Below are positions 6,895 through 8,446 of a stretch of DNA of 8,446 bases, in pieces. The notes under the pieces were generated by a model. The model searched no databases, was not told the origin of the DNA, and worked only from the letters and a program-made list of their open reading frames with translations. The position numbers and the translations under genes were made by a program. The stretch lies in the IMG/VR virus record IMGVR_UViG_2684622670_000004, positions 1 to 8,446 of that record; one strand, 5' to 3'. Each line of letters starts with the position of its first letter. Position 1 is the first letter of the stretch. The stretch is from a virus. Its lineage: Duplodnaviria; Heunggongvirae; Uroviricota; Caudoviricetes.

Positions 6895-6940
6895 GTTATA
6901 AGAGCGACAATGATAAATTTATCACTATCGCTCTTATAAC
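6895..6940. repeat. 46-bp near-perfect palindrome (21 of 23 base pairs complementary, no spacer)
   Basis: GTTATAAGAGCGACAATGATAAAT / ATTTATCACTATCGCTCTTATAAC. The only mismatches are at 6908/6927 and 6910/6925. Followed by TCTTTGTT. Lies 130 bp downstream of the operon's last stop codon. Confidence 0.85.
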
Positions 6941-6968
6941 TCTTTGTTAGCTATAGCTTTAAACAAAT

Positions 6969-7175
6969 TTAGTTTTGAGGCAATGCAACAAAAGTCAGCT
7001 CTTGATCTTTGATTAATGCTTTTGTTTGTTTGGATGTAATTCCCACTTTAGTTTTTACATCATTGTGGAGCTTCTTATACGCTTTTATTTCATCTGCTGT
7101 ATATCGGAAGCCATTTGCACTGTTACTGGACAGTTGAAGTGCGATTACGTCATCACTGACACCCGCATCGCTTAG
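6969..7175 (-). pseudogene. Start-less 68-codon protein-like open frame, possible remnant of a truncated gene
   Basis: Minus-strand frame translating to LSDAGVSDDVIALQLSSNSANGFRYTADEIKAYKKLHNDVKTKVGITSKQTKALIKDQELTFVALPQN*. It is bounded upstream by an in-frame TAG (plus 7176-7178) and contains no ATG. All three upstream frames are stop-rich. Composition is not typical of random AT-rich translation. Confidence 0.25.
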
Positions 7176-7469
7176 CTATGCGGGTAATAGTGTGGCCTGC
7201 GCGAGTGTTTGTGGTGGATATTTTGTCTAAGAAATTGTTCAGTTTTGCCATTGTTTACAACCTCTTACTTGAGTTTATTGCAAGTAGAATTGCTACTATT
7301 CTTTTGCCTCAACGAATCACAATGTACTGGAATAAGAAACTATGAGCAATACTTACGCTTTGCGAATACAGAAGATGAATAATCAACTTATTACTAAAAT
7401 GTTAATAATATTATTCTGTTACATAGTGTTCGCTATAACAATCGGGAGTTGAATGCTAATTCAATAAAT

Positions 7470-7497
7470 AAAGAACCCGCCAATTGGCGGGTTCTTT
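7470..7497. terminator. Bidirectional rho-independent terminator (AAAGAACCCGCC-AATT-GGCGGGTTCTTT)
   Basis: Perfect 12-bp GC-containing stem with a 4-nt loop. Flanked by a T-run on the plus strand (TTTTTA) and by ATTTATTTATT on the minus strand. Directly abuts the stop codon of the convergent 264-aa gene. Confidence 0.75.
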
Positions 7498-8292
7498 TTA
7501 ATCACTTTCCACTTCTTCCGTGGTGTTTTCTTGCAGTTCTGTTAATGCAGCACGACACAGGTTCCGGGCCTTGGCTATAGCCACACTTTTTACCTCATCC
7601 GTCATTGTGCAGGTAATGTACTGATCGAGTTCTTCAGCTCGGATGATGCTTTTCCCAATCATAAACTCTATTTGCCAGAGCAGATCGGCATCCATCGTCA
7701 GTATTTCAGCCTGGCCTTCTGGGCCTGCGGGGAAGCAAACATAAGACTGTTTTCCCAGGCCGATAACTCGACAACTTGCTTCAAGAATTGCGCGCTTGAG
7801 GTCTGACTTTGTAACGGAAACAGGTTGGTTTTCACCAGTGATTACGCCGTTGACATGGAAGTGGAAGGGCATGTAGCTTGAAATTCGCTCTACTTTCCAT
7901 ACGCCAGCAAGCGATCCTTCATGCAGCACAATGGGGGTAACCGCGAGTTTCATCTCACCATATAACTGCTGGCAGATAGCTGGATTGCTGAATACATCCA
8001 AAGGCTCACATTCAAACAGCGGCGCAATCTGCATGAGGTCCATCATGGTCATCCCTGGGGTCCGAGCAGTAATGAATTTGCGCATGCCAGTATCCATTGT
8101 GCGCCAGATAGCCATACCATGCTTTTTGCTCACTTCTTCAGTAAAACCAAGGTGGCACATGATGGTCTTTTCGATAGCCAGATCAGAGATAGAAACCTTT
8201 TCGCCTGGCACTCCATCATTATTGATGGTCACTTCGACACTCTGGCCATTACGTAGGCGGTATTGAATGGTTTTAGTATTTTGTGCTGTCAT
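7498..8292 (-). CDS. Hypothetical protein, function unknown (264 aa)
   Basis: Long uninterrupted ORF ending at the terminator. Weak SD (GAGAAAAGA) 14 nt after the stop of an upstream partial ORF, suggesting an operon. Contains His-rich segments (PIVLHEGS; MPFHFHVNG) but no motif I can assign to a family. Confidence 0.7.
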   Translation of the reverse strand: MTAQNTKTIQYRLRNGQSVEVTINNDGVPGEKVSISDLAIEKTIMCHLGFTEEVSKKHGMAIWRTMDTGMRKFITARTPGMTMMDLMQIAPLFECEPLDVFSNPAICQQLYGEMKLAVTPIVLHEGSLAGVWKVERISSYMPFHFHVNGVITGENQPVSVTKSDLKRAILEASCRVIGLGKQSYVCFPAGPEGQAEILTMDADLLWQIEFMIGKSIIRAEELDQYITCTMTDEVKSVAIAKARNLCRAALTELQENTTEEVESD

Positions 8293-8306
8293 AGTCTTTT
8301 CTCTGC

Positions 8307-8446
8307 TTAAAAACTGATGTATTGCGCCTTCAGGTTGGTTAGGAATGTTTTCCCACCAGCGAAAGCAATATCTCGGGGTGTTCTATTCGTTGTAGAGTAG
8401 GCCTCTGGTTTGAAGTCATCTCCCCAGCAGCCCCTCGTCAAACCGT
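8307..8446 (-). CDS. 3' end of a minus-strand gene truncated by the window edge (last 45 codons plus stop)
   Basis: Open frame from the window edge to TAA (plus 8307-8309), translating to ...GLTRGCWGDDFKPEAYSTTNRTPRDIAFAGGKTFLTNLKAQYISF*. It is 14 nt upstream of the 264-aa gene start. No start codon is visible because the 5' end lies outside the window. Confidence 0.4.
   Translation of the reverse strand, partial: GLTRGCWGDDFKPEAYSTTNRTPRDIAFAGGKTFLTNLKAQYISF

Noticed and set aside
6841-6939. 32-aa hydrophobic plus-strand ORF (MALITHVYLLGYILIFNKVIRATMINLSLSLL) ending inside the palindrome; considered as a type I toxin-like peptide
   Set aside because: No Shine-Dalgarno upstream, and AT-rich DNA readily yields short hydrophobic frames by chance. 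No flanking antisense-RNA promoter or terminator pattern that I could define. Worth a look only if small-RNA or ribosome-profiling data exist.
7161-7185. 8-bp perfect stem-loop (ACCCGCAT...ATGCGGGT) considered as a terminator
   Set aside because: Not followed by a U-run on either strand. More likely a structural element or coincidence than an intrinsic terminator.
7402-7413. Short AT palindromes (AATAATATTATT at 7402-7413; AGCTATAGCT at 6950-6959) considered as operator or recombination sites
   Set aside because: Palindromes of this length and composition are expected by chance in AT-rich DNA, and there is no supporting context.
7931-8266. 111-aa plus-strand ORF inside the 264-aa minus-strand gene
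   Set aside because: Antisense shadow of the longer ORF. Cys/Ser/Arg-rich translation with no ribosome-binding site.
1-8446. CRISPR arrays, tRNA/rRNA genes, IS elements or transposase genes
   Set aside because: No regularly spaced direct repeats, no tRNA-like cloverleaf candidates, no terminal inverted repeats flanking a transposase-like ORF. The only recombinase is the invertase-type serine recombinase.

Overview
This window reads as a slice of a P1-like phage or phage-plasmid. All names below come from my memory of P1 gene order and protein sizes; no database search or alignment was run. Left edge: a gix/cix-type 26-bp crossover site (58-83) overlaps the 3' end of a 186-aa Hin/Gin/Cin-family serine DNA invertase on the minus strand (75-635), so an invertible segment probably lies left of the window. 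A 128-bp divergent intergenic region then leads into a tightly packed rightward operon (764-6765): two paralogous small holin-like membrane proteins (93 aa and 109 aa, the second LydA-like), a LydB-like 147-aa protein, then Hdf (203 aa), DarA (639 aa) and DdrA (121 aa) of the Dar anti-restriction / head-morphogenesis module. The operon ends with the two least explained genes and the best candidates for something new: a 562-aa protein carrying an HExxH zinc-metallopeptidase motif and a 106-aa hyperacidic protein (net charge about -24). Downstream is a 730-bp AT-rich region with no credible gene (6766-7497), containing a 46-bp near-perfect palindrome and a 68-codon protein-like frame with no start codon. 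A bidirectional rho-independent terminator (7470-7497) abuts a convergent 264-aa gene of unknown function (7498-8292, minus), preceded by the 3' end of another minus-strand gene that runs off the window. No rRNA, tRNA or CRISPR array was seen.
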